Shown one piece after another: positions 43,545-53,385 of a stretch of 64,000 nt of DNA. Numbering within the stretch: the stretch's first letter is position 1; the number at the start of each line of letters is the position of its first letter. The notes below the pieces were generated by a model. It was given only the letters and a program-made list of their open reading frames with translations. It searched no databases and was not told the origin of the DNA. Position numbers and translations under genes: made by a program. The DNA lies in IMG/VR virus record IMGVR_UViG_3300012153_000001, positions 1-64,000 of that record; one strand, written 5' to 3'. This DNA comes from a virus.

Positions 43545-44346
43545 GCGGCCGGTATCGAAAATAGTCAACGCGTTTAAGCGTGCGAAATCCGCCATTGGTG
43601 CGGCAGTCGGACGCTTATTTACGTTAGGCTTTTCCCGCAAGAATGGCGATGCGGCCGCGAAGGAATCTGCGAAGATACTCAGCGAGCTTAACGAAGAATC
43701 TCGGAAGCACATTGACGAGGCGCTGACTACGGCGGCCAAAGACGGCACTCGACAAACGTTAATTGCGCTTGGCGTAGGAAACGCGCTGGCTGACGTCAAA
43801 CTCACTCGTATGAATCTCGCCATGCTAAACGCGGCCAAGGCGGACGCGTACGCGGACCTGCTCGCAGTTACTCAGAACATGGACCGTAGGACGCGCATGA
43901 GTATCCGCCAAGCAATTGCGGAGGCCATGCGCGCCAATCTCGGGCAAGGCGTCAACAGTTCGCGGACAATAAGTGCCGACGCGCTTAGTCGTCTACGAAA
44001 CACGCTAGGACAGGCGGCTGACACCGGCATTATCGACGCTGCAGGAAGGCGCTGGAAACCGGAAGTATACGTCGAAACCGTTGTCCTTACGAAGATGGCG
44101 GAAACGCAGCGCGAAGCAACGATTAATGAAGCGCTAGGCCGCGACGTCTATTACGCGCAGATATCGAGCCATGGCGCAAAGGATGCGTGTCGTAACTGGG
44201 AAGGCCGCATTGTCAAGTTAACACCGGATGCTCCCGGAGATTATCCGTATGTAGGCGATCTACCTCGCAGAGAAATATTCCACCCCCGCTGTCGTCACGT
44301 GCTTTCTCCGGTAAGGAATCCGGAAATTATCGGAGGAGGAAATTAG
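43537..44346 (+). CDS. Head morphogenesis protein (SPP1 gp7 / Mu F-like)
   Basis: C-terminal CRNWEGRIV...FHPRCRHVL signature. Confidence 0.7.
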   Translation: MDERPVSKIVNAFKRAKSAIGAAVGRLFTLGFSRKNGDAAAKESAKILSELNEESRKHIDEALTTAAKDGTRQTLIALGVGNALADVKLTRMNLAMLNAAKADAYADLLAVTQNMDRRTRMSIRQAIAEAMRANLGQGVNSSRTISADALSRLRNTLGQAADTGIIDAAGRRWKPEVYVETVVLTKMAETQREATINEALGRDVYYAQISSHGAKDACRNWEGRIVKLTPDAPGDYPYVGDLPRREIFHPRCRHVLSPVRNPEIIGGGN

Positions 44347-44613
44347 ATGGCGGAGAGATGTGTTTTAAAAGCGGTATCTAGTAGTACTGACAGTGATGTC
44401 AAGACCGAGGTGCTAGCAACCGAGCTCGTAGTGTACAACAAAAGTGGGGCAGATTTAAGTCTTACGGTAGTAAATGATAACGGGCTTAAAATTGTAGACA
44501 CCTTCGTACTTAAGGACGGTCAGGGAGTTGATTGGAAACTCAATCCTTTCCGAAAAGTAAGTATTAGGGCCGTGGGTTTTTACCAGGTTGTTGTCGGCAA
44601 GGAGGCGCGGTAA
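44347..44613 (+). CDS. Small beta-rich hypothetical protein
   Basis: SD GGAGGAGGA. Resembles 59818-60123 (ELVVYNKSGADLSLTV vs AVTLCNTTSAPLGVTL; both end in ..GKE). Confidence 0.6.
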   Translation: MAERCVLKAVSSSTDSDVKTEVLATELVVYNKSGADLSLTVVNDNGLKIVDTFVLKDGQGVDWKLNPFRKVSIRAVGFYQVVVGKEAR

Positions 44614-44616
44614 TCG

Positions 44617-45210
44617 ATGCGTATTACAGACAGCGGCGTTACCCTAGCTGGCAGTTCTATCGTAATCCCAGTAGACATTCAAGGCGCTGAGTTAATCAAC
44701 TCGGGAGAGATGCTTCCAGTTAAACAAGCTGGAGGAACAACAGGTACAGGCACCACAGAGTCCGATCCAATCGAAATCATTACGCTGCTAACCAGCGAGC
44801 AAGTTAGGGACGTGAATGCCAAGACAGTTGCATTGCCTAGTTTGCTAAAGTACAAACGCTATGTAATCCAAGTTTTCAACGGACTAGATCAGGACCTGCG
44901 AGTCGTGCCATGGAACACAGCTCCGGCAATATTCGAAGACGACACAGTTGGGATTTTCTCAACTACGGCAACCACAGACGATGCGTACAGTTGGCTCATT
45001 CCTAAGAAGATCGCTGCAAATAGTGGCGTATTTTTCCTGAACGAGATGGCACCAAAATCAAACGCGTCAGGCACAAAAAAAGTGAAGTCACCTGATCATC
45101 TTTTTGAAACTCGCTTCAATATTGACGGCGCTTTTTCACTTGCATACAAAGCTTCCACCGCACCGACGACAGGAAGCATTACCATACGATTTATCGGAGT
45201 TAGACGCTAA
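44617..45210 (+). CDS. Hypothetical protein
   Basis: SD AAGGAGG. Confidence 0.6.
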   Translation: MRITDSGVTLAGSSIVIPVDIQGAELINSGEMLPVKQAGGTTGTGTTESDPIEIITLLTSEQVRDVNAKTVALPSLLKYKRYVIQVFNGLDQDLRVVPWNTAPAIFEDDTVGIFSTTATTDDAYSWLIPKKIAANSGVFFLNEMAPKSNASGTKKVKSPDHLFETRFNIDGAFSLAYKASTAPTTGSITIRFIGVRR

Positions 45211-45224
45211 GGAGGGCGTGAGGT

Positions 45225-47504
45225 ATGCGCAGAATCAAACCATCACGACACTTAGTCCCGGTAAGAAGTATGCCGCGCGGCAGACAACTGAATTGGGATT
45301 ACAAAATTTTCAGAAGTGACTCAAATTATCGCGAAACAGGAAATTGGCTATCAAGCAGCTTGACCGGATTTGATTCGGGAAGCACTTCATACTCATCTAC
45401 GCGTGGAGATACTGCGGAGTGGAGCCGATACGCGGACAAAACCGGTGTTTACAATGTCTACGCCTGGTACCCGTCTGATAACTTAAATACGGAACAAGCG
45501 GAGTACACAATTACGTCACTAGGCGGAACTTGGGTCAAGTTTGTAAACCAGAGAATTAACGGTGGGGCGTGGTTCAAACTCACTACAATAACAGCCGAAG
45601 CGGGTACAGTAATGTCGGTCGTTGTAAAAGCGGACATAGGTAACACAAGGGCCGGACAAATCCGGTTCGAGTTCAGTCCTAGCGACAGACCGGAACCGAT
45701 GGGCGCCGGCATAACGGATACCGAGACGCAAGCTATCTACCTGAACCAGTCCGGTTTCGATGCGCGCAAGACTAAGCGGGCCACCATTACGAATGTTCCG
45801 GATGGCACGCCGTTCTTGATTAAGACAAAATCCGACGGTTCTTCCGTATTTAGCGGTGTTGTACAAGGTCAAGTTGCAGATTTCACATCGTTCGACAACT
45901 CCGGAGATTTCTATATGGAATGCGTTGGCATCAAATCTTACACGTTCAGCATCGGCAAGTATTGGACGCAGCGAATTTCCGTTGGACCAACGCTACGGTT
46001 TATGGATCAGTCACGAAGCGATGTGTTTTTGGCCGGACAAAATGGCGTTGCTTGGCGCGATAGTCATCAATTCTCATTTGAGTTGGAGAGTTTGACGCAG
46101 CAGTATCAAGCTAACCCGAGCGCATATGAGCGCATGGAAAAGGGAATCAGCAACCTAGCGACCAGCCAGTATCCAGAGCTACGAACGCAAACCGAGCCGG
46201 ACATTATCTGGTTAATGAAATTTGGTGTTCAGAGATATTGGGACCTTTGGAAAAACCAAGGGAAGAAGCACCATGCCTTAATCAAGGCACAACTTCCGTA
46301 CTTTTTGGCCCTGTATCCGGACATTAAACAACACGTTTCCGAAGCATTTTACACAAAGATACGTGACTTTGCGGTGGAAGTTTGGGCAGATCCGCAGTCT
46401 AATTACCATTGGTATGAAACCGCGTCATTCCACACATTGACCACCAACAACAATCTGCTTGAGGTGCAACCGAGCATCGGCGGAATCAAAGGCGAAAAGC
46501 CGCCCGGTTACGCAATTCGTCCAAACCTGCTTATGTACGAGATGGCTCTGCGTGATGGCCTGTCTAACCCGCAACAGTACAAGGACGCGGCAATAAACAA
46601 CGCAAAGTGGTTGGTTGAATCCGTAGACTTAGACGATCCGGCCATGACGAAGGGTCAGCGTATGAGCGAGTACGTCACAATGCAAGGATTGGCGTACCTG
46701 CTCGAAAAGTACCCGGAACTTGCTCCGAATGGGACGCGCGAGAAAATCAACCGATGGGTTGACGTTATGATTGCGCGCTCAAACAACCTTTGGGACCTGC
46801 GCAAATACGCCGATCCGAACGATGGTACGAAGTATAAAGCGGACCAATGGACCGGAGGTATGATTCGCTATAATGAGCCGGGCAACCTTACGGGATTCCT
46901 TTCGGCAGCGTATGCGGCGGCTCGCGTACTGGGTAATCCAGCCAAAGAAGCTCGCATCAAGGAAATCGGCATTGCGCAACTAGATAACGCGTTCGGTCGC
47001 AATCCGATGGGAATGCACTTTAGCTACGATGGACCAAAAGAAATCGAAGGCGTAGATAAGGGTTGGCCTACGTTTTATGTCGGTGGTTCAGGCGTTCTGC
47101 AGGACGTTGTGGGTGTAATCGACGGGTCTCCGAAAGAGTTCGCTTATCCGTATAATCCGAAAGCTCCGGCAGGTTACACGGAAGGTTGGGTAGCGTTTAA
47201 TACCGCGTGGAACTCGTCTCTTGCTTACCATGCCGGCGACGAGATAGAGATCAGTGCGACGCGCTCAGGATCGACCATAACGGTAACTCTGCGGGCGGCT
47301 TTAAACTTCGACCCTACCAAAGCGGAAACGGGTGAGGTCGATGTTACGACAAGCGCGGGCACATCCGCAAAGCTAACGGTTACGGAAAATAGCAACGATG
47401 ATTACTACTTATCGGCGCAGTACGCCATTCCAAACGGCGTCACTTGGGTCGATTTTTCGTATGGCTACGGAATTTTCCGCAAATCTGTCCGCGTTACTTT
47501 GTAA
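45225..47504 (+). CDS. Putative carbohydrate-active protein: CBM-like N-domain + CelD_N-type Ig-like domain + (alpha/alpha)6 GH9-like region
   Basis: SD AAGGAGGG. YNVYAWYPSD...EYTITSLGG..VKFVNQRINGGAWFKL (golvesin-C/CBM-like). NQSGFDARKTKRATI...DFTSFDNSGDFYMECVGIKSYTFSI (GH9 N-terminal Ig-like pattern). The catalytic DAGD motif was not found (WRDSHQ instead). Confidence 0.4.
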   Translation: MRRIKPSRHLVPVRSMPRGRQLNWDYKIFRSDSNYRETGNWLSSSLTGFDSGSTSYSSTRGDTAEWSRYADKTGVYNVYAWYPSDNLNTEQAEYTITSLGGTWVKFVNQRINGGAWFKLTTITAEAGTVMSVVVKADIGNTRAGQIRFEFSPSDRPEPMGAGITDTETQAIYLNQSGFDARKTKRATITNVPDGTPFLIKTKSDGSSVFSGVVQGQVADFTSFDNSGDFYMECVGIKSYTFSIGKYWTQRISVGPTLRFMDQSRSDVFLAGQNGVAWRDSHQFSFELESLTQQYQANPSAYERMEKGISNLATSQYPELRTQTEPDIIWLMKFGVQRYWDLWKNQGKKHHALIKAQLPYFLALYPDIKQHVSEAFYTKIRDFAVEVWADPQSNYHWYETASFHTLTTNNNLLEVQPSIGGIKGEKPPGYAIRPNLLMYEMALRDGLSNPQQYKDAAINNAKWLVESVDLDDPAMTKGQRMSEYVTMQGLAYLLEKYPELAPNGTREKINRWVDVMIARSNNLWDLRKYADPNDGTKYKADQWTGGMIRYNEPGNLTGFLSAAYAAARVLGNPAKEARIKEIGIAQLDNAFGRNPMGMHFSYDGPKEIEGVDKGWPTFYVGGSGVLQDVVGVIDGSPKEFAYPYNPKAPAGYTEGWVAFNTAWNSSLAYHAGDEIEISATRSGSTITVTLRAALNFDPTKAETGEVDVTTSAGTSAKLTVTENSNDDYYLSAQYAIPNGVTWVDFSYGYGIFRKSVRVTL

Positions 47505-47584
47505 TGCTAGACACGACCTACGATACGTCGCTAAACTGACGGATACTATGCGCTACGCGGCGCTAAAACGCGGGAGGAAACGAT

Positions 47585-48277
47585 ATGACAAACGTTAAGT
47601 ATCCGATGAACTTGCAACTTTTCGCAGAAGACGATGATCCGAATCCGGCACCAACTCCGCAAGATCCACCGGCTGATCCGCAGCCAACGAAGACATTTAC
47701 GCAGGAGGACGTTGACCGTTTGATCGCGGACCGACTCGGAAGAGTACACAAGAAATACGGAGACTACGACGATTTGAAAACGAAGCTCACCGCGCTAGAA
47801 GAGGCGGAAGAGGAGCGCAAGAAGGCAGACATGTCCGTAGCCGAGCGATTAGAAGCGGAGAAAGCAGCCGCAATCCAAGCCGCAGAGGACGCGAAAGCCG
47901 AGCTCAGTAAGACAATTTCAGCCGCAAACCAGCGTCTTATTAATGCGGAGTTCCGGGATGTTGCCCGCGAGCTTAAACTGCGACCAGACGCCTTGAAATC
48001 CGCGCTTAAACTCGTTGATCTATCCGCGGTAGAAGTTGACGAGGAAGGCAGCGTAAAAGGGCTTGAGGACGCGGTTAAGGCGCTGATTGAAGATAATCCG
48101 TACATGGTCGAGCAGGCACCGGTCGAACCGAGAACAATCGGAGCACCGTCCGGAGGCGAGGCGAAGCCGGCGAAGACGAAGGAACAGATTCTCGCGGAAG
48201 CAGCCGAAAAGGTGCGCGAGAATCCAACGCCAACCGCTATCGCGCAATTCACGAAATTGAAAAGAGAACTGAGCTAA
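47585..48277 (+). CDS. Scaffolding protein
   Basis: MNLQLFAEDD N-terminal hallmark. Acidic, helical. Immediately upstream of the major capsid gene. Confidence 0.7.
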   Translation: MTNVKYPMNLQLFAEDDDPNPAPTPQDPPADPQPTKTFTQEDVDRLIADRLGRVHKKYGDYDDLKTKLTALEEAEEERKKADMSVAERLEAEKAAAIQAAEDAKAELSKTISAANQRLINAEFRDVARELKLRPDALKSALKLVDLSAVEVDEEGSVKGLEDAVKALIEDNPYMVEQAPVEPRTIGAPSGGEAKPAKTKEQILAEAAEKVRENPTPTAIAQFTKLKRELS

Positions 48278-48306
48278 GGGCTGTCCGTAATCGGGCGGCC
48301 TTTTTG
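48277..48306 (+). terminator. Imperfect hairpin plus T5
   Basis: GGGCTGTCCG-TAAT-CGGGCGGCC followed by TTTTT. Confidence 0.4.
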
Positions 48307-48343
48307 TTTACCCAAAAACCCTTATAAACGGAGGAAACAAACA

Positions 48344-49435
48344 ATGACTAAGATTTTTAACGTAGACCTGATCGGCAAACCGGAATCCGTAACAGAAGAG
48401 ATTTTGCTCCTTAACCCGCACCAAACGCCAATGCTCGCAATGCTCGGTTTTGCCGGTGCCGTGAGCCAGGTCGAACATAACTGGTATGAGGACGCGATGT
48501 TCGCAACGGAGTCCACGATCACAGCGGACGTTACAAACAGCGCGACTGCGGTCGTAGTTGCATCCGTTGAGCCTTTCCGCGTTAACGACGTAATCAAACT
48601 CGGCGATGAATTGCTGAAAGTTACCGCAATCAACACCGGAACTAAAACGTTGACTGTTACGCGTGGGTACGCAGGCACTTCCGCAGCAGCCGGAGTAACT
48701 GGCGCTGTAATCGAGTTCCAGTTCACGGAATCCGTAGAAGGTCGCGATGCAATCGATGCGCGCTTCAAAAAGCGTGAGCGTAAGTCCAACCTGACGCAAA
48801 TCTTTACGGACACTGTAGAGATCACCGGTACAGCCGCCGCAGTTGCGAACTACGGTATCTCCGATATGTATACGTACGAGCAGTCGAAGAAACAGCTTGA
48901 GCTCGCGTTGCAACTGGAAAAAGCGCTGATCAACGGTATCAAATATGAGAATGGTAGTGTCCGCCAAATGGCCGGTCTGCGCAGCTTGATCAGCACCAAC
49001 GTTAAGGACGCAGCAGGCGCAGCGCTGGCCCTCGACATGGTTAACGATAGTCTGCAATCCATCTACGAAAAAGGCGGATTTGCTACGGGCGGTAACTACG
49101 AAATCATTGTACCAGCGAAACAAAAACGCGCCGTGTCAAAATTCGGCGAAAACCTCGTACGTATCGACCAAAACGATAGACGTCGCGGTACGGTTGTATC
49201 CCAACTGACTACTGACTTCGGTGAGTTCCCGGTATCCATCAACGATAACCTGGCGACAAACGAAGTGTTCATCGTCGATAAAAACCGCGCAAGCATCCGT
49301 AACCTGAACGGCCGTGATTTCCAGCACGAGTACCTCGGCAAAAAAGGCGACTACTACCAAGGTATGATTGTCGGCGAGTACACGTTCGAGCTGCACCAAG
49401 AGCAAGCGCACGCACGCATCAAAGGTTTGGCGTAA
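48344..49435 (+). CDS. Major capsid protein
   Basis: 363 aa after the scaffold gene. SD ACGGAGGAA. Followed by a hairpin at 49450-49480. Confidence 0.75.
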   Translation: MTKIFNVDLIGKPESVTEEILLLNPHQTPMLAMLGFAGAVSQVEHNWYEDAMFATESTITADVTNSATAVVVASVEPFRVNDVIKLGDELLKVTAINTGTKTLTVTRGYAGTSAAAGVTGAVIEFQFTESVEGRDAIDARFKKRERKSNLTQIFTDTVEITGTAAAVANYGISDMYTYEQSKKQLELALQLEKALINGIKYENGSVRQMAGLRSLISTNVKDAAGAALALDMVNDSLQSIYEKGGFATGGNYEIIVPAKQKRAVSKFGENLVRIDQNDRRRGTVVSQLTTDFGEFPVSINDNLATNEVFIVDKNRASIRNLNGRDFQHEYLGKKGDYYQGMIVGEYTFELHQEQAHARIKGLA

Positions 49436-49495
49436 GCCGACCGCAAATAACCGGGAGTTCTTTCGAGAGCTCCCGTTAAATACGGAGGTTTTACG

Positions 49496-49738
49496 ATGGC
49501 AAAGTATAAATCGCGCTATCCGGAACTCTCGTTTTACGTTGACGGCGTAGAGCGTAAGTTTTCAGGCGGTGTTTATGACGCAAAGACTGCGGAAGAGGTA
49601 GCGGTTCTTAACCGTTTATCTGATGCGGAACCAGATACGGAGGAACCTGCGCAAGTGGACGAAGTGGACGCGGAAGAAAAGCCCGCTAAAGCTCCGGCTA
49701 CTAAGCGCAAAGCTAGCGCTACGTCCTCCGCAAAATAA
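49496..49738 (+). CDS. Hypothetical head-associated protein
   Basis: SD ACGGAGG. Confidence 0.6.
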   Translation: MAKYKSRYPELSFYVDGVERKFSGGVYDAKTAEEVAVLNRLSDAEPDTEEPAQVDEVDAEEKPAKAPATKRKASATSSAK

Positions 49739-49753
49739 ACGGAGGTGTGGCGG

Positions 49754-50152
49754 ATGAACTACGTAATACCTGACGCAGATGCGTACATCAACGCGAACTG
49801 TATTGATATCGAGGATTGGACGGCCAGCGATACCGCGAAAAAAACACGAATGTTAAATGTCGCAGGATCAACGCTGACACGCGCCTATTCGAAGTACACG
49901 ATACCGAACGCGGCTGTCTACGAATTTGCGAATGTGCTTGCGATTATGTACAACGATATGCTTCGGATGCAGCAGCAGGGCGTATCCACGTTCGGCCTGA
50001 CCGGAGTGTTCAACGTTAACTTTAAGGACGGCACAACGTCGATGCCTTACGATGACATGCGTAAGAAGATTCCGCAGGTGTCACTCGATTTAATCGGCGA
50101 AGAGAACGGCGTTAAGATTTCACGCCGCGCATGGAAGTCGGTGATCTTGTAA
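49754..50152 (+). CDS. Head-tail connector (gp6-like)
   Basis: Assigned by position and size. ATG 49754 follows GGAGGTG. Confidence 0.55.
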   Translation: MNYVIPDADAYINANCIDIEDWTASDTAKKTRMLNVAGSTLTRAYSKYTIPNAAVYEFANVLAIMYNDMLRMQQQGVSTFGLTGVFNVNFKDGTTSMPYDDMRKKIPQVSLDLIGEENGVKISRRAWKSVIL

Positions 50153-50469
50153 TGCCGCTAGTAGCGATGAATCAAACGATTACAGTTACGAAGGCGGGCG
50201 CAAGTGACGGATGGGGAAGCAACGTCGATGCCGCGATTGTCGAATATAAGGCTCGCGTTACCGAAGAGACGAAGACCGTCGTTAACAATTACGGAGAGGA
50301 GGCCGTATCAAGCATGTCGATATTGCTCGATAAGCTGCCGGATATATCGTACGACGACACAATAACGTACACGAACGAATTGGGTGTTACGATCAAGCGA
50401 AAACCCGCCGCAATCAAGCCCCGTCGCATGCTAAGCGGCCGCCCCGTATTAACGGAGGTGAACGTCTAA
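50152..50469 (+). CDS. Head-tail adaptor
   Basis: TAATG overlap start. Assigned by position. Confidence 0.5.
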   Translation: MPLVAMNQTITVTKAGASDGWGSNVDAAIVEYKARVTEETKTVVNNYGEEAVSSMSILLDKLPDISYDDTITYTNELGVTIKRKPAAIKPRRMLSGRPVLTEVNV

Positions 50470-50945
50470 TGGCGCGTAACCGTATAGATTTCGATGCTGC
50501 GCGTGGAGGCGGCTTTATTCGACGCTTGGTGAGTCGTTTTTCCCGGCGTTATGAGGAGCGTCTAACCAACGCAATCGAGGACGGAGCAATGACCGGAACA
50601 CACGACGTTATGGACGATTGGAAACGCCAGGCTACGGACTTAGCGCCGCTCGGTAAAACGGGTGATCTGAGACGCGGTATCGAAACGGACGTCACACATA
50701 ACGGTAAGGCGTGGACCGGTGAGATCACGTCAACAGCGGTAACAATGCGCGGAGGGCGGCGATTTGATTACGCGACATATCTACACGATACGTATCCGGA
50801 AAAGTACGGCGATTCGTTTAAGAATCCGACAACGTCCGGAACGATTCCGCGCTACCTCGCTGTACCGGCGGAAGAGAACGAGGCGGAGTGGGCGCGTATC
50901 TTCGAAGGCGAAATAAAGGCCGCGATTAAACGGGGGCGGTTATAA
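50469..50945 (+). CDS. HK97 gp10-like neck protein
   Basis: Assigned by position and size. SD ACGGAGGTG. Confidence 0.5.
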   Translation: MARNRIDFDAARGGGFIRRLVSRFSRRYEERLTNAIEDGAMTGTHDVMDDWKRQATDLAPLGKTGDLRRGIETDVTHNGKAWTGEITSTAVTMRGGRRFDYATYLHDTYPEKYGDSFKNPTTSGTIPRYLAVPAEENEAEWARIFEGEIKAAIKRGRL

Positions 50946-51400
50946 TGGCCGCAATCATCGACGAAATCCTCGGCATCGAGGCGTTTATCAAGTCCGTTGT
51001 TTCTGGCGCGGTAGTCGAAAAGCAAACGGTCCCGCTGCAACCTACGCCGGGTCTCTTTGTCGTGCGCTTTTTAGCGGAACCAGTACGTACAAACGAAACA
51101 GCGTACCACTACCGGATTGAGCGCGATTACCAAGTGATCTATTATAGCGCGACTCCTCAAGCGGCATTTCCCGTTATGGACGCGCTCAGTAACGCGATAT
51201 TCGACGTGCAGCGGATTGTTGCGACAGGTTCACGTCTGAACGCGCTGAACTATTCGCAACCCATGCGGACGGATACCGATAAGGCGTCGACCACTAACGC
51301 GGGCTACGCAACACTCGGCATACTCCGGATTACTTCGCGGCAGTCACGCACCCAACAGTCGTATCCGCTTATTCAGAACGTTAATTCACGATTTAACTAG
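50945..51400 (+). CDS. Tail completion/terminator protein
   Basis: Assigned by position. Followed by the hairpin GCGTCC-ATCC-GGGCGC plus a T run. Confidence 0.5.
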   Translation: MAAIIDEILGIEAFIKSVVSGAVVEKQTVPLQPTPGLFVVRFLAEPVRTNETAYHYRIERDYQVIYYSATPQAAFPVMDALSNAIFDVQRIVATGSRLNALNYSQPMRTDTDKASTTNAGYATLGILRITSRQSRTQQSYPLIQNVNSRFN

Positions 51401-51444
51401 GGCGTCCATCCGGGCGCTCTTTTCAATTTAAAGGAGGTCATTGC

Positions 51445-52482
51445 ATGGCAACTTGGGACCCATCAAATTTACCGACACGTCCCGGAATCTACATGCGCTT
51501 TATCCGCGCAGCAGCCGCACAAATTAGCGGAGGCACGCTCGGCACGGTCGCAATCCCGCTGCTGTCGTACGCCGGTACTGCGGTTGAGAAATCGTTCTAC
51601 ACGGTCGATTCGGAGGCATCTGCGGTCGGTCTGTTCGGTAGCGCGAACGTACAGTCCGTTTTGCTCGCGTTAGCAGGCGGCGCAAAGGACGTTCTCGTCT
51701 ACACAATGCCCGTCGATGCGGTTGCGGACGACTACGTTGATATGCGCGAGGCTTTCGATGCGCGTCCGTTTAACGTGTTCGTGTTCGACGGAGAGTTTGA
51801 CGCTACGCAACAAGCCGCGACTAAAACGTGGGTAACGCGCAATCGTGACGAAGGCAAACACTTCATCGTCGTAATCGGCGGAGACGCGGCTTCTGACGCA
51901 GATCCTGCGCTTGGCAACGCTCGCTCAACGCTTAACGAAGACGACTACATCGTCAACGTAATCAGCGGCGGTATTGTAGGCGGAGTTACTTATACTTCCG
52001 CGGAATACGCACCATTCATCGCGGGCGATATCGCAGGGACTCCGATTAGCGAGTCGATTACCTACGATCAATTGCCGCTGGAAGACGTGACGAAGCGCCT
52101 GACCAATTCGCAGACTATCGCAGCTTTGGCGGCCGGATCGCTGTTATTTACGAATGATGGCGCGAAGGTGAAGATCGAGCAAGGACTCGTAACAAGCGGC
52201 CTCAAGATCAAATCGATCCGTACGCAACAAGCGATTACGAACGATATCTCGCGCACAGCTACCGACAGTTACATCGGCAAGCTTCCGAATAACGCGGACG
52301 GTCAAGCTACGTTGATGGTCGCGGTAAAAGCGTACCTGGAATCGTTAGGCGCGGCCGTACTTACGAATCCCGTCGTAATGCTCGATCCGCAACGGCCGAG
52401 CGTGGGAGACTCCGTTTTCCTGGCGGTTAGCTATACGGAAACCGACACAATGGAACGCATCTTTATCACGGTAAACATCTAA
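51445..52482 (+). CDS. Tail sheath protein (XkdK-like)
   Basis: N-terminus ...LPTRPGIYMRF. Followed by the tube gene. Confidence 0.7.
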   Translation: MATWDPSNLPTRPGIYMRFIRAAAAQISGGTLGTVAIPLLSYAGTAVEKSFYTVDSEASAVGLFGSANVQSVLLALAGGAKDVLVYTMPVDAVADDYVDMREAFDARPFNVFVFDGEFDATQQAATKTWVTRNRDEGKHFIVVIGGDAASDADPALGNARSTLNEDDYIVNVISGGIVGGVTYTSAEYAPFIAGDIAGTPISESITYDQLPLEDVTKRLTNSQTIAALAAGSLLFTNDGAKVKIEQGLVTSGLKIKSIRTQQAITNDISRTATDSYIGKLPNNADGQATLMVAVKAYLESLGAAVLTNPVVMLDPQRPSVGDSVFLAVSYTETDTMERIFITVNI

Positions 52483-52498
52483 TCGAGGCGGTGAGAGA

Positions 52499-52939
52499 AT
52501 GACTTTGGATGCAAAACGCGTTATCAGTGGTAACTACGGTCAGTTGTTCGACCAAGACGGCGAATGGCTGTCTAACGTTACCAGCGTTGAAGCGAATATC
52601 GAGATCGGCATGGAAGAGATCAAGCTGGCCGGAACGCGCTGGCTCGGCAACAAGACCACTACGCTGAAAGGTAGCGGATCGATTAACGGTTACCTCGTTA
52701 CGTCCGAGTGGATCGAAAAGATGGCGCAAGTCACCGACGATGTCAGCTCGCCGTACGTTACGGAGCTTATCGTTAAGATCGACGATCCTGAAGCGTTCGG
52801 TGCGTATCGCGTACGTCTGAAAAACGTAACGTTCGACCGGATTCCGGTTGTGAATTACGAAGTTGGCTCGATTGTTGAGCAGGAGTATACGTTTGTGTTC
52901 TCCGGTTACGAAATTCTTGACGCAATCCGTCCGTCATAA
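52499..52939 (+). CDS. Tail tube protein (XkdM-like)
   Basis: 146 aa. VISGNYGQLF...GSGSINGY pattern. Confidence 0.7.
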   Translation: MTLDAKRVISGNYGQLFDQDGEWLSNVTSVEANIEIGMEEIKLAGTRWLGNKTTTLKGSGSINGYLVTSEWIEKMAQVTDDVSSPYVTELIVKIDDPEAFGAYRVRLKNVTFDRIPVVNYEVGSIVEQEYTFVFSGYEILDAIRPS

Positions 52940-52954
52940 TAGCGCAACAAAACT

Positions 52955-52987
52955 AGCGGACTGTCTTCGGGTGGTCCGCTTTTAATT
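52955..52987 (+). terminator. Rho-independent terminator/attenuator
   Basis: AGCGGACTGTC-TTCG-GGTGGTCCGCT followed by TTTAATT. Confidence 0.55.
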
Positions 52988-53013
52988 ACGAAAATAATCG
53001 GAGGTTGACATAT

Positions 53014-53385
53014 ATGGCAAAAGGATTAGAGGCGTTGTTAGGTGCGAATTTGGACGTTACCAAAGAGGTGTATATTCCTCGTCTCAAGACGTCATTCACC
53101 GTTAAGGCGCTGACCAACGCGGAAACAACAAAGGCGAGATTGCGCGCAACAACAGGCAAAGACAACGTAGACTCGACGGTACTTAGTTACGTGATGATTT
53201 CGATGGCTTGCGTTGATCCGGACTTTAACGACAAGGCGCTCAAGGCGCATTATGGCGCGAGCGATGACGTTGACTGCGTAGGCAAGGCGTTGCTGCCGGG
53301 TGAGATCGCAAAACTGACTACGGAGATTTCGAATCTATCCGGATTCGGAAACGAAGAGGAGCTGCTGGAAGAGGCAAAAAACTAA
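53014..53385 (+). CDS. Tail assembly chaperone (XkdN-like), short form
   Basis: ATG 53014 follows CGGAGG (the track TTG 53005 abuts the SD). Confidence 0.7.
   Translation: MAKGLEALLGANLDVTKEVYIPRLKTSFTVKALTNAETTKARLRATTGKDNVDSTVLSYVMISMACVDPDFNDKALKAHYGASDDVDCVGKALLPGEIAKLTTEISNLSGFGNEEELLEEAKN

Noticed and set aside
47764-49123. Minus-strand ORFs of 162-271 aa opposite the scaffold and major capsid genes
   Set aside because: Antisense shadows of highly expressed structural genes. No SD sites, and biased Ser/Ala/Arg composition.
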